Shown in pieces: positions 38,241-52,274 of a stretch of 64,000 bases of DNA. The translations under genes and the position numbers were made by a program. Below the pieces are notes generated by a model. That model worked only from the letters and a program-made list of their open reading frames with translations. It was not told where the DNA came from and did no database searches. Source of the stretch: Gnetum montanum (Eukaryota; Plantae; Gnetophyta); assembly GCA_015680685.1 (NCBI GenBank), contig MNCI01000001.1, positions 440,524 to 504,523 on the forward strand. The letters run 5' to 3'. Every line of letters begins with the position of its first letter. The stretch's first letter is position 1.

Positions 38241-39459
38241 GATGTGGGACATATGAAAAATACCAAATTTTGAAGGATTTTCTTGAAATTAATGGTGTAA
38301 ATTGAGGACATTGTCAAGTATTAAGATATCCTAGGGTAATTTCATTAATTCGAGAGGCACTGTTAATGATAATGATGTGAATTTAGCAATTAAAAATTTG
38401 GCAGTTATGAAGAAAAGGGAATGTAATGGTACATTTGGAACGTTTAAATGATAGAGGGATAATAATAGGGAAAGAAAATTAAGAAAAATTAAGCTAAAGG
38501 TAAGAAATTGTGTGTTTGAGCTAGAGAATTAGTGAAGATTACAACAAGATTACACAAGTGGGTCCTCCCCAAAGCAGCTTTCAACCTATAATGCCCTTGT
38601 GTAATCACACTTAAAGTGTCTGTGGGCACTAGAAGGGTTAAATGTAATCTGCACTAACTCCACGAAACACACGCATGTAAATATCACCAAAATGAGATGA
38701 AGATTCTATGCTACATGGGACACGAGCTACAATTACTCAAACAGTGAGATAAGGTGAAGTATAGAAAGGGATCGTAGAGATTGGGACATGAGGTAGCTAA
38801 ACTAGGACATAGTGAATCCTGCGTGTAAGGCATGATTAAGGTGTCATTAACCCAACGTTCCAAGATCAGGACCAAGTCCATCCTTCTAATCAGTAACATC
38901 GCATTGTTTCATCCCATGGTGAACAACTATAAAAGTACCATAACAACAATGCGTACGATCACTTGGCATTTACTACAATTGAGGAGTGGTTTCTGTTTTA
39001 TGGCACTTCTTTTTCTTTTCTTCTTCTTTTCTTTTCACTTTACTGAATCCATAGAAGCCAATAACCTTCAGGCATGGGTGCATGTCTTTCCAGTGGAATC
39101 CCCTAGAACAATGTTGATTTTTGAGTTCCCTTTTGATTACTCTTACTCCCATTTTTCATTAGATCTACAAGGATCTTAGTACAACCATATTGCATGATAA
39201 CTCCCACAGAGGTCACCAAAAAGAATCCACAAATCCCCTTGATGTCACACCCTAATCATTCCCTCTTGGTCCATCCTTCTTCATTCTAGGTACAATAAAC
39301 ACAAAATTAATTTTAAGTTTAGAAATTTCAAGAATATCACTGTACCCTNAAAAAGTTGAAAAATGAAAAACTGGAAAACAAAAAGTTGTAAAATTAAAGA
39401 AAATGAAAAATATTTATTAATCCTGCTTGTTAGTAAAATGGGGGATATCCCCCATAACT

Positions 39460-41380
39460 AATCATTTGAGTATGGCAAGGATTAATAAATGAAGGTTGAG
39501 GATCCTTGCATGTTGGAAGTATTGGAACTGGTCCATACTTACCCCATTGGGGTTCACACAATTGGTTATAGAAATCATAGTGGGGCACTTTATACGATGT
39601 AGTTCCTGGATAATGAGTTGACCCACTATGATGTTGGCGACCGTTAGATGGTATGCAAGGATTAGGATGATGCCTCCCATGGTTGTGTTCATTGGGTCGT
39701 ATGGTTGTTGGAGTGTTAGATGGTGGCCCTAATAAAGTTACATGAAGCGTTGGATTCGAAGGTAAGGGTGCATCACAGTGTGGAACTTGTGTTGGGTTGG
39801 AAGGTGCAATGGCCTTGGAATTGTGTTGTCCCTTCCTACGGCCGTGTTTAAAGAAAGGACACTTTTGATGTTGCTAAGGGTTCTCACTCTTGTTGGTATC
39901 AGTAGCACAAGTGTTGTTCGTGGGTTGTTGTTATGGCACAGGCACCTTAGGAACAGTTGGTGGCATTGTGGAAGGAGGGAAAGGATAAGAATGTTGAAAG
40001 TGAGGAGGGATGTAAGGTGCACAAGGTGGTGGTTGTGTTGAAGGTATGGGATGATAGTATTGTGAAGAATGGTATTGTGGTGAGATAGAGTACGTTGCCC
40101 CAAATGGAGAAACAGGATGTTGAACGTGATAAACATTCGAACTCGGAAAATATGAAGGGTGCCTCCAGTCTAAGGGTGGTCTCCCCACGACTGGGATTGT
40201 TGCCACTGTGATCGAACACAGTATCTCTGTACGAACTCTAGATGTAACATGTTTTCCCAATGCTCATATAAATGTGACAAGATTGGGAATTGGCCTTTGA
40301 GATGATCATACAAGCATATGTTGCATTCATATGTAGGATTGGCAGTTGAGCGCTTATTCCATTTATTCTTTTTTTTCGAATGTCTAATGTTTCATCCTAC
40401 TTCTTGGGTTGTCAAAACTCTATCTCCAATGATGTTGATATATTCTCCACACTTTTGATTCATCCAATCCAACATCTTATTGATCTTTGCCTTAGTTTCT
40501 TCTAATGTTTGTTGTATTGGCAAAGATGATGTTTCCACCTTGAGATTTGTTGATTTCTCCTTATTATGATCAGGGACCTTTGTTAAGTTAAAATTTTGGT
40601 CCTGTTTATGTTTTTCAACACTCTCCCATGTAGCTATTTCTCCTTCTTCTTTTGGTACCTGCTTAATAAGCTCTTGGATTTGATGGGTTTGTAGTTCGTA
40701 TAGTTGACCTTGGGCATATGTTCCTAAGGTCTCTCTTGTTTCATTATGTAGCCCATCAATGATATGGTACATTAGCCTTTCCTCGGAAAACCCATGGCCT
40801 GGACAATTGTTTAACAATGCGTAATATCTTTCTAAGGCCATGTCCAAGGGTTTATGTTTTTCTTGTTTCCATCCTTGGATTTGTTTCCTCAAGGCTGACA
40901 CTCTTACGTAGGTTTGATATTTTTCGTTAAATATTTCTATCATTGTTGACCAGCATCATATTGAATTTGGTTTTAATGATCTATATCATACTTTTGCTTG
41001 GTCAACGAGTGTCATTGGGAAAAGCTTAATTTTTTTCACCCATTATCAATGTTATTCCATGTGCAAGCATCGTAGAAGGCTAGTAAATGTTGATGAGGAT
41101 CTAAGTCATAGCCTCCTGAAAATTTGGGAAAGTTGTTTATATTGAGCCTGGGTAGTCAGCTCTCTTTACGATGCCTACATGAGATTTGAACAACTTATTG
41201 TATTTGCGTTAGGCTTGTAGTGGCCAGTGGGGGTTCATCGTCATCTTGTAAGTTATGCCTTCATGTGTTATGATGATGTTGTTTTTGTTCATTTTTATAA
41301 GAAACTCCCACTTCAGGTTGTATACTCCAATCTTCATTATCATATAGTTCGTTGGTTCTCCAATGAACTTCCTCACTAAN
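39460..41380 (-). pseudogene. gag: gag of element C with P/H/Q-rich tail
   Basis: RLNINNFPKFSGGYDLDPHQHLLAFYDAC (~41065-41152). ORF 40392-40943 (WKQEKHKPLDMALERYYALLNNCPGHGF) is typical Athila gag and homologous to element A gag. Confidence 0.88.
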
Positions 41381-41703
41381 NNNNNNNNNNNNNNNNNNNN
41401 NNNNNNNNNNNNNNNNNNNNNNNNNNNNNNNNNNNNNNNNNNNNNNNNNNNNNNNNNNNNNNNNNNNNNNNNNNNNNNNNNNNNNNNNNNNNNNNNNNNN
41501 NNNNNNNNNNNNNNNNNNNNNNNNNNNNNNNNNNNNNNNNNNNNNNNNNNNNNNNNNNNNNNNNNNNNNNNNNNNNNNNNNNNNNNNNNNNNNNNNNNNN
41601 NNNNNNNNNNNNNNNNNNNNNNNNNNNNNNNNNNNNNNNNNNNNNNNNNNNNNNNNNNNNNNNNNNNNNNNNNNNNNNNNNNNNNNNNNNNNNNNNNNNN
41701 NNN

Positions 41704-42232
41704 AGATCCTAGGTACACCACTGGGATTACCAAGCGCAGATCCTAGCTACGCCACTGGGATACCAAGCAGTCACACTTAAATGCTTGTAATCAAGTCGTA
41801 CTCATTCCACGTTCTAGGAGTTTAAGGGTGAGAGAGAAAGCAGTAAATAACATTAAATAAATAAACAAACAAATAAATAACAAAGTGAATGCTGCAATGA
41901 TGAAGTAATCTTGATCTTCATTGCCGGTCATGTGCATGTCCAAGTACGTCACACTCGAATAGAGACACCGTACAATTACATTCACCACACTGTGGGTAGA
42001 CATGGAAAAAATAATGTAAATCTAGAGGGATCAAACTACCAGAGGTTCGCTACTTCTAAGTCCTAATGCCTAAAATTGGGAAAGCCACTTCTTATTTATA
42101 GAAATTGCGGCGCACTGCGATATCGCGTATGCGATATCGTAGGGAAAATGCGATATCGCATACATGATATCGCAGGGGATGTGATATCGCGACGGACGCA
42201 ATATCGTAGTCTATGCAAATTGTGTCTCATCA
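41704..42232 (-). repeat. 5' LTR of element C (partial; remainder in the gap)
   Basis: About 90% identical by eye to 35425-35940, mostly transitions, with one extra GCGATATCGC-type unit. Confidence 0.92.
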
Positions 42233-44789
42233 TATATTTATATAGATGAATTAAAGTTAATCTTGAAGGATTTCCAAGAATTGGAAGATTCATCATCAAA
42301 GAAGAGGATACCTATGTGACCTAGAATTCTCAATCATCAAGAGAAAGAATTAAGGGTAGATTAGGAAGATGAACATGTAAGTTCTAATGAGGAGCATTTC
42401 CATAGCATCATCAAAGAAAACTAAATTTTAGAGGTAGAGGAAGAGAAGGTCTAAGAGGAAGAGGCACAAGAGGAGGTGTAAGATCAAACTTCCAACAAAA
42501 AATATGTATCTTTGGATCATATTCATTCATCCCATGGTGGAAGTTTTATAATAAGAAAGGTTATTTAAAGAACAAATGTTGGAAAAATATGGGGATCCAA
42601 AACCTCACAATTCAAGAAGATAATAATGAAGATCAACAAGAAGATGAAGCATCTTTAGTTAATACATAGGTAAGCAAGTAAGTGATTCCTTGAACATATA
42701 CTTTACTACTTAACATGTCTAAGGAAATTGATTACTCTACTTGGGTTATTGAAAGTGGTTTTAGTATTCACATGATCCATGATATATATTATTTCATTAA
42801 GTATAAGGATGATATTAGTCTTAGACTAATTAAAGTTAATGATGAGTAATATGTGGAAATTAAAAGTATTGGTAGGTGTCAAATAGCTTTTTGATAATGG
42901 TAGTCCTAGCCAAGTCCATAATGTATTCTATTTTTCTTAATTAACTAATTTCTTACTTTTAGTTTGTCAAATTTCAAGAAAAGATATCAAAATTGTCTTG
43001 AAGAATGATGAATGAAGAATCTTAAATGTTTATGATCAAGTATCTAGATTTCCAATATTGAAAGATAAGATCCATTGTTTTAGAGTACTAAAATCCTCCC
43101 ATGCAACTTCAAGTCAAGAGTCATCCAAGCATGGCATGGTAAATTATGACATTGAAAGTTGATCATGCTTCTTTCTTGTAGCTCATAAATATCATTAAGA
43201 GTCAAACAATCATTGAATTGAATTTTCAAGAATCATCTTAAGAATTTTCTAGTACCTGTCAAAAGAGCAAGCTTAAGGTCCTTCCATATCTAGGTGCAAG
43301 GATGTCAAAGTCATTTGAGGTACTTCAAATCGATGATGTGGATCCAATGCCCAAAACATGAAGAAGATGAATATTTCTAACTTATTATTGATGTTTGTTG
43401 TAGATATAGATGGAGCTACATCCTTTCTCTAAAGATGAGGCATTTTGAGCTTTTCAAAATTTCATATGTTTATAGAAAATAGTCTTGATTCTAAAACTAA
43501 AATCATAAGAAATGATGAGAAAGGTGAATTATTGAGTAAGAACTTTGATTAATTTTATAAAAAACAAAACATAAGAAAAAAAATACATGTGAATATGAGA
43601 CAAAAATAAATGGAGTGAATAAAAGGAATAATGGTGCCATTTAAAAAATGTTTAAATATCTCTTGAAGAATGCATTCATTTGTAATTTCTGTTGAAATGA
43701 TGTAGCCCACATGGCTACATACATTCTCAATAGGCTTATCACCTCTTCCATTGATGAGAATACTTCATATAAACTATTGTACAAAAAAGTGTCAAATCTC
43801 ATCCATCTCAAAGTCTTTGGTTATGTGTGCTTTGTAAAAATATCTAATGCTTTTATAAAGAAACTAGATGATAAAAGAAGAAGAAGTATCTTTCTTGAAT
43901 ATGATTCCAAGACTAGTGAATGAAAATATTTTGATCCACTTGAAAAGAAGTGATATGTATCATAAATGGTAATCTTTAATAAGAAAACCTTAGGGTTGGA
44001 CTCATTCTATAGTCATGAAGAAGACCAGAGGAAAGAAGAAGAACAGTTTTATGAGCCACAACCTTGGTTGTAAAGGAGCCCTCATCATCCTAAATACTTG
44101 ATACTAAATTTTAAAAAAAGGTTTTGAAAAAATTAAAATCAAATATGATGTTGTCTACTCATCCCTAATTGAAAAGCCATTAAATGTAAAAGAAGCATTG
44201 AAGGCCAAAGTATGGGAAGATTGCATGTAAAAGAAATATGACTTTAAAATGAAGAATCAAACATGGTCCTTAGTGGAAAAATCCAAAGGAAAGAAAATGA
44301 TATAATTTAAGTGGATTTTTAAATAAAAGTATGATGACCAAGACAACATCTATATAAAAAACGTATGGTTGGTGGAAAGAAGCTTCAAACAAAAGATTCA
44401 CATTGAATTTACAAAGACATTTACCTTGGTTACTAGGTTTGAAACCATCAATCTCATTATCTTCATTTTTAGTCATCTCAAAGTACAAATGTATGAAATG
44501 AATATAAATTTAGCCTTCCTCAATGATGCGCTTAAATAGTAAATACACATACTCTAATTAGAAGGGTTCAAAGTCCACAACCAAGAAGAAAAACTATGCA
44601 AGATCCACAAAGCTCTTTATTGAATCAAGAAAGCACCATGAGCTTGGGTCCATAAAATTAATGATTCAATCCTCAAGAGTGATTACAAGAGTTATATGTT
44701 TGAGACCAATATTTACTTTAAACATGTAGACATGAATGTAATCATGATCTCTTTATATTTTGATGACTTAGTATTATCGAAGATATTAA

Positions 44790-46386
44790 TTTTTAATTGA
44801 GGTGAAGATTTTAATAATTAGGGTTTTAGCTACGAGGGTTTTAGCATCGATTTGAGGTAGCAAGAGGTTTAGAAGTTAGGATTTTAGCATTAAGAATTTA
44901 TATAGCAAGAATGGTTGTTAGAGGCAAACTAGATTGATAATTATTTTAGGAGTGAGGATTTGTTGTTAAAGAGATTTAGTCGACTACCTAAGAAATTTGA
45001 AAATTTTAACATGACATCATTAAATGATATATAGAAAAGAAAATCCCTAAATGAAATTAATTTTAAATAAATTAAAATTACATAATGATAGCATATGGTT
45101 AGCAAAATGGTATTGTTAGATAATATCCATGAACAAAACAAAAAAATTATTCAAAGGTTATTAGTCCTTGAAGAGAAGATTGAAGAAAAGAAAGAGACTA
45201 GTGCTACTCTGAAGGATAATGAATAAATTTTATTGGTATTAGTAAAAATTTAATCCAAGGTGGATGAAAATAAAAATAAATCTAATCTTGAAGAAATAGA
45301 AATAAATATGGGATTTGCAATCATGAAATCTTTGAAAGAGCAAAAAAAATACATTTTATATGTATCCCAAAGATAGAGGGTGAAACACATAAACCTTTGT
45401 TTAAGAAAACTAAAAACACTATAGATAATATGCATATAAATTCTCCAAAAATTAAGAAATTTTTAGGATTCCAAGTGAATAACATGAAAAGACCTAACAT
45501 ACAATTGTTAAGTTTCATGATGTAGAAAATAAATTTTATGTTTGGAGACATCAAATTGACTTGAAGCAAAGTGAAAACGGGAAAAGCATTTGGGTAAATG
45601 AGGATCTTATAGAAAAGGAACTTGTAGAAAGGGCTGAATAATTGAAAAAGATTAAATCAGCTTGTGAACATGGTTTTGTAGCATACATAAATGCTAGCAA
45701 CATGGTAGTAATTATAAATAAGTAGTATTCCAAACATTATTAAAAAAAAAAGGTTTTTAAGGTATGGATTTCTTAATTGATATGGAATTAAAAATAATTT
45801 TTTTGAGTAATTTTTTCTTCTTTGATAGCTTTGATATTTTTGGTTTTTTTTTTTAAAACTTGGGAAGATGTTAATTTTATAGATTTTGTAGTTCCTAGAT
45901 TTATTAAATTTTTTTGTAAGGAATACAAAATTGGAGAGAAGAGGTGGACCTTCTAGTGGCATTGTAGTATCAGTGAGAATATATCCTAAAATTTATATGG
46001 TTTTAGAAAAATTAATGATAATAAATAATATGTTTGGATAAAAATATTATATCTAAATAGTTGTGCTTTTCTTGCTATATCTTATTTTCCTCCTAGACAT
46101 GCTGCATTGTATGATTCTATAGAGATGTTATGTAATTTTCCTTTTTAGTTCTTGGGAAGAGATATTATAGAATTCTAAGCAAAAGGCTCAGTATCTATTT
46201 ATAGTGATTTTAATGCAAGGCTATGTTTACAACAAATAAAAATTATTTAGTGGTAACATAATGTTGGTAGTTTATACATTGTTGAAGATCATATTTGGAC
46301 ACAATATTCTAGGGATGGCACTATTAATAAGATGGATCAACAACTATTAGAATAGATAAAAAATTTTAATCTTATGATTTACAATG
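44790..46386 (+). mobile_element. LINE 5' portion (ORF1 plus APE endonuclease), truncated by a gypsy insertion
   Basis: ORF1 remnant SIWVNEDLIEKELVERAE (45585-45638). EN motifs KTW (~45857), RRGGPSSGIVVSVR (45937-45978), YFPP (46083), SDFNAR (46203) and NKMDQQLLE (~46326). Confidence 0.75.
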
Positions 46387-49100
46387 TGATGTGGACATAA
46401 CACAGGCCAATGCAACATCTCTCCAATGATGGGATCTTTGTATGGATTTTTGACATGTTTGGGAGTGTTTTGGGGCTATTTTGATAACTTTAGGGTGGTC
46501 TAGGGGATATGGGGACTTGTTTGGAGGTGTCCAAAGGTTCCTAGTCTCAAAAGAAGGATCTTTGTATTATGGCCTTGTAGAGAAGACATCTGATCTATAA
46601 GTGAGATGTCCCACTTGTAAGTGAAACATCCTATCTATCTTGTATATGTCTCTGTTAAGATGGCCCACATGATTCGAAGATGCCTACTCTAAGACCTCTA
46701 CAATTGGAAAAGATGTCTCCTAGTTCTCATAGACATCTCCCATGGATTTTAATAGAGATTAAATTTAATGATAAATTAGAGGAAAGATGAAGAGATAGGG
46801 GGGAAAAGATAAAAATAGACTCCTTGAGCCTTCAATTTGAAGAAGAGGGTCTAGAGAAGGAAAAAGGGAGTTTGAAGTAATTCTAGAGAGAGAGAGAAAG
46901 AGTGTAGGAAGTTGAGAGAAGAGTAGAAGAAGAGATAGAGTCTTGGCAAGGTGCCTTGATGATCATCCTTGTGTGTGTGATTTCTTTGATTGAGTGTGTG
47001 ATAGTTGGATTGAATCTCTTGTCTATCCTTGGGAATTTGTGCTTCCTTTTAGTTGTAATTTCTCCATTTGAGTAAGAATAAAGCTTTCAATTTCTTTTCT
47101 TCTTAAAATTTTCTATTGTTATGACATTGAGAGAGCTTGGATTGTGGAATCCATGGGAGCTCCTAATCAAATTGGTATCAAAGAAACTTGGAATTGAAGA
47201 TAATTGCATTCAAGTGGATAATTCCCATCTCAATTGCAAAGAATCACTCTAAATTCTTATGCTTGGATGAATTCTCTCTTGCTACTTATTCTACTCATCC
47301 TAGGATTTTAAAATTTACCTTTGATTCCTAAGTTTTCCATATCTTTTAACAATTGGAAGATAATTGTGGAATTGGACATCCATTGGCTTGTAATAGCTAG
47401 GGTTTAAAGATCTTATGCTAATTTCCCTTAATATCTGAAAATTTCTTATCTTACTCCTGGAGAAATCTTGAAAATTTCACATTTCCTTGTAGAATTGTTT
47501 GAAATTTTCATTTTAGATCAGTTTTCTTCATGCCTCCAAAGAAGAAGATAGTTCAAGATTTGCCAAGAAACATGGATGACATGAGAAATTCTCTCAAGCT
47601 TATCATTTAGAAATTTGAAGAGCTTGGAGAGAACAAAGGATATGCTACTTCACCAGAGGAATCCAAGCAAGCACACAAGTCATGAAAGTCTTCACCAAGA
47701 CCTTCTTAAGACCTTCTTCAAGACATTCCTCAATGCCATCCCTTGAATATGATATTCCTGTTAGATATGAATATTTTGGAGAAGGAGAATCTCAAGATGA
47801 TGTTTTACTTCATTCTCCTAGTGCTAAAAATAAGTCTCAAGGCTTTATTTTTCCTAGGAAAAGCCTCAAAGAAAGTAAGGTGAAGGAATTAAAGTTACTC
47901 TTGCAAAATCTTTTAGACATGCTTCAAGGATTACTCATGTTGAAGTCAAGTCCTTAAATGGCATGGAAGAAACTGAATCTTTTCTCTCTTGGCTGAAAAT
48001 GATTAACAAGTACTTTGAACTTGAAGATGTGAAAAATCATCAAAAAGTGTCTTTTTCTAAAACCAAATTGAAAGGCATAGCACTTGTATGATGGGAAAAG
48101 GAAAGTCATTCTTACAAGATGAATAATGGTACTCCTATCAAGGATTGTTCTTTAATGTAGTTCATGCCCAAGCAAAAATTTGAGAAGGCTCATCATAGAC
48201 AAGAGGCCATCCAAAAATTGAAGTACCTAAGGTAAGGTGATAAGAGTGTGAAGGACTATTACATGGATTTTTGTAAGGCTTTCAAGTTGCAAAAGTTCAT
48301 TGGAATGATTATGAACAAGCATCTAACTTTCAAGGTGGACTTAAAAGGGAGTATCAACAAGAGATAACCTTCTATGAGCCCCAAAAATTAGATGATGCTT
48401 TTGAATTAGCTCTTAAGGCTGAAAAGAAACTTTGAGGCTACACCAGAGGTCCTAAATCTTCTAAGGGCAAGAACTCCAAAGCTTTTGAAAGTGAAAAAGG
48501 AGCCAAGGAGGTTGGAAATGCTAAGGAAGACACCAATGAGAAGCAAGAGAAGTCCAAGGAGAGCCAAGATTCCAAGAACAACTACTCCAAGTATGGAAAG
48601 GATAAAGGAAATGGCTATGCATCCAACCTTTAATGATTAAATTATGGTAAAAAGGGACACAAAAAGTGGGAGTGTAATAAGCCAAAGGTTTCCAAGAGAA
48701 AGGAACTCCAAATCTTAGAAAAGGAAGAATGCTCTAATGAAGGTAGACATCTTGTAATTGAAGATGCAGTAGAAATTAATTTTTGCATTTTTATGGGAAA
48801 TGTAAATGTTAATCAAGGAAATGAAGAAGAAATATTTGATGAAGTAAAGATCAACGAGAAAATGAGTTCTCAAGTATCTCTTATTAAGCAAAGAAGTGCT
48901 TAATACTCCAAGGTTTTAAGGAAGGAAACTAAGGACTTCATCAAAGGGACCAAGAGATATTTAAGGTCCAAGATGGTATATGCTATAAATCAAGGAGAGT
49001 TCCTACATCATGAGTCATGTGAGGTGAAGGATCCAAGCCAAAGGAGTGGTCAGGATTAAGGGACTTCTCCAAGAAGGGTCAAGAGCATTAGTAGAAGGTA
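46387..49100 (+). mobile_element. Ty3/gypsy, CRM-like: 5' LTR, PBS and gag
   Basis: LTR TGATG..AATCA (46387-47169), PBS TGGTATCAAAG (47173-47183), gag start MPPKKK (47530), KTKLKGIALV*W, and zinc knuckle LNYGKKGHKKWEC (~48637-48675). Confidence 0.85.
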
Positions 49101-50799
49101 CGATTCTCATACTTTTTGCAATTATTCTATACCTTATTTTATATTTTTAGGAATTTTGGAAGGCCTAAAAACTATGTTTTGGTCATTTTTAAAATTTTTC
49201 ATTTTCCAAAGTTTAGGGGTCATTGAACAAAAGGTGCTTTATTTTTTTATGAAATAAAAAAAATATTAAAATATTTATCATGACCTCATGATAGGATTGT
49301 AATGTACCAAATAGGATGCCTCATGCTTCATGTTGGCATACTAATCATCTTTTAATTCTTGACCATCAACATCTAGAGTCATTTCAAGGATCAAAAATGT
49401 AAAAAATAGCTCAAAACCCTAGTTCTATAGGTGAATTTTTAGCAAAATTTAGAACAAAGAAAAGGCATGTCAAAACTAGTTAACATATGATAAAAATTGA
49501 TTAAAACATTAAATAATGTCCCATACATGATATAAAATCTTTGAAATAGTCAAATTAAAAAAAATATTAAAATAACAAGATATGAAAAAATCAAAAAAAT
49601 CACCAAACAGTTGTAAAACAACTAAAAAGTATCAAATTAATGTGTACTAATCAAATTACCAAAACCCAAATGAGTAAAAAAAAAATTATCCTACCTAAAA
49701 TAGACAATACAATAGGAAAGATCATTGTATAACTTTGATCTCCTAACTAAATTCCAAATCCTAGGAATAATTGTAGAATAGCAATTGGATCCAATCAAGA
49801 TATGAAAGAAAATCTAGAAATAATGGCTTACCATAAGTCTTGGTTAATAGTGTAGAACTAGATCTAGCGCACGCTCTCTCTCTCTCTCTAATCTATCAAA
49901 GTCTTCCTCTCTAGCTCTATCTTCCAAATGTTAATAAATCAAGGCAAACAAATGCTTTGTCATGGAATAATAATCATGATTATATTATAGCAATGATGAG
50001 CATTGGAAAAAGGAGATATCTCACAGAAAAAACCAAATAAAAAATAAATTTTAAACCTTAAAATATTTTTCTCACATGAGCTAGTGGCCAATGCTAGTCT
50101 AATGGGCATGTCCTATGAAAAGTTCATAGTTATGTCTAACCTCAAGTTGATAGTTATGTCTAAGCCTAAACAAATAACAAGATCTAAGGTCAAAAGCATA
50201 GCTAATGATTAGCACGAGTTCCTCTGAATCATAAGCTAAAAAAATTTAAAAATAAAATATAAAATATAAAAATATAATTTTACCAAAAATATAAATTATT
50301 CAAAGAAAGCATACCAAAACAAAGTAGTACCCCATGTGCCAATGACCTATCCATTGCCTGATACTTGCTAATTTAAGATTCCAACAAAAGAGGTAGGGCA
50401 TATGTTATGTTTAAAGAAAAAATCAAAAAAATATAAAAATATTAAAAAATATTGAAAAAATACCACATGTAATATCATTTAAATACATAAAATTTTAGAA
50501 AATAAAATTAAAACCTTATGATATACTAGAGGTATTAGAACCCCAAAATAATTGTAATTTATGTACACCTCAAGATATATAGTCTAATAAGAATTTAATA
50601 ATTTAGCATTGCCCACAAAAATATAATGACTTGGAGCTTTCAAGTTAGTAATATTTACCACTAGGCTACCACCTTAGTATTAAAACCTTATTATATATTA
50701 AAAAGTAAGAGGTCACTTAAAAGGACATAGCTAGCTACATATCTCATACCACAAAAGCATAATCAACATTAGAAAAAGGATTAACAGTCATAGAAATTA

Positions 50800-51560
50800 G
50801 TTAGCAATAAGACATCAAGGGTTCAAACCACAAATATACCAAGGGATAAGGGGTGTCTGAAGTAGGAGTAATACATTCTTGCTACTTTCCCTATTGATAT
50901 GCTTTTCCTACTAGTGTGATCTCCTCATCAAGATTCTTAGTCTTGACTAAATCATAGTCTTTAGATGGGCCAACATTAAATTTACAATCATGAGTAACAT
51001 GCTTCTCAAAGTATGTGAAACTCTTAACTAGGTTCTCATCTAAAATGAGATGAAGCTCCTCTTATTAAGAGTTGCTAGCTTATGTCTTATTAAGTCTCTC
51101 AATCCATGTATCCAACATATATAGGTTGTACTCTATTTTACTAAATATCTTGACAAAGACATGTAGAGCCTTGTTCAAGGTGGAACCAATTTTGCTCTCT
51201 AGTAGATCCAAAACAAAAGAGTTAAGGCCTTGTGTCTTTGATTATAGATGATGCTATTACTCCTCTACTCTAACCACCCCACTTTTGATCATACTCACCA
51301 ATCCCCATCTTACCATGGATGGTGGACATGTCAAGAATGTTGATCTTCTCATTGTTATTAACAATACCAATGAATAATGAATTCCTAAAGGTTTGGACTT
51401 TGACATGCCTAGTCTTATATCTCTACTAATGATATACCAAAATTCAAGTTAACTTCAACAAGTATGGAATATACAACTAAATCCTACTAGAGAAGTAAAT
51501 GATCATAAATCCCATCCTTTACCAAAATATTATAGTAAATGATGAATGTTGCTTATTCAT
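50800..51560 (-). mobile_element. Very decayed gypsy integrase-like fragment
   Basis: Minus-strand remnants SKSKPLG..HPPW resemble the region after the integrase zinc finger. Weak signal. Confidence 0.35.
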
Positions 51561-52274
51561 AACAAAATTAGTATTATGAAATAATTTCAAATAGAAATCC
51601 CTCTTTTCAAAATAGTGGTAAATGCAAGATATTAGCAAGAGAGTTCACCCATAATTTATGTCCCTTAGATGCATCAAATACTAGTAATTTATTGAACAAC
51701 CTAGGAGTAGTTGGAATAATTATTCAATTAAAAAAAGTGCTAAATATCCTAGTATGCACATTCATGTCATTAATGTTACAAAATATCTCTCTAATCATAA
51801 CCTCTATAATGACAATAGAAAGACTAAATATGAATGAAAGCCCCAATGCATCAAAATATGATTGGATTTAAGATTTGCACTTGGGGTTGAAATCAAAATC
51901 CCTATATAATATAATGGAAACATTCTAATGGGACTTATACCTCTTTTTAGCTAACTATAACTTGAAAGAGTATTTGTATCCTCTTTCTTCTAATCCACTA
52001 CCACTCTACCACTACCAAATTTACTCCTTTGAAACTACTAAGAGCTCTCCTTTATTCTTTTCTAACTACTTCTAGTTCATTCCTTACTCTTTTCTCTTAG
52101 CTTCTTTGATGCTAGACTCTTATTGGTAACAAATGAAAATGTCCAAGGACTCTTATTAGTACAAATTAGGGTTTAAATTAATTTTTTATTTTATCCATCG
52201 TGGTGGCTAGGACATCTCATAGACAGGGTGGACATTCTAGGGATCTTATGTTGGAAGTTGAAGGACAAATCCAT

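Larger units (their letters stand above)
35024..42232 (-). mobile_element. Young Athila-like LTR element lacking pol (element C), TSD TATAT
   Basis: Termini TGATGAG...CTCATCA. TATAT at 35019-35023 and 42233-42237. PPT CATGGGGGTA (35941-35950, minus). Gag and an extra ORF inside; CpGs largely retained. N-gap at 41380-41703. Confidence 0.93.
34439..44790 (+). mobile_element. Ty1/copia element split by element C and cut in RT by a LINE
   Basis: Met-like PBS TGGCATCAAA (34439). Gag on both sides of the insertion, zinc-knuckle remnant (~42545-42582), protease WVIESGFSIHM (42742-42774), integrase (HLKVFGYVCFVKI..KKLDDK), and RT ending at YFDDL (~44755-44770). Confidence 0.85.

Noticed and set aside
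41209-41746. ORFs spanning the N run
   Set aside because: Artefacts of translating the gap.
50625-50672. Minus-strand A-box TAGCCTAGTGG suggesting a tRNA gene
   Set aside because: No B box or cloverleaf; at most a SINE remnant.
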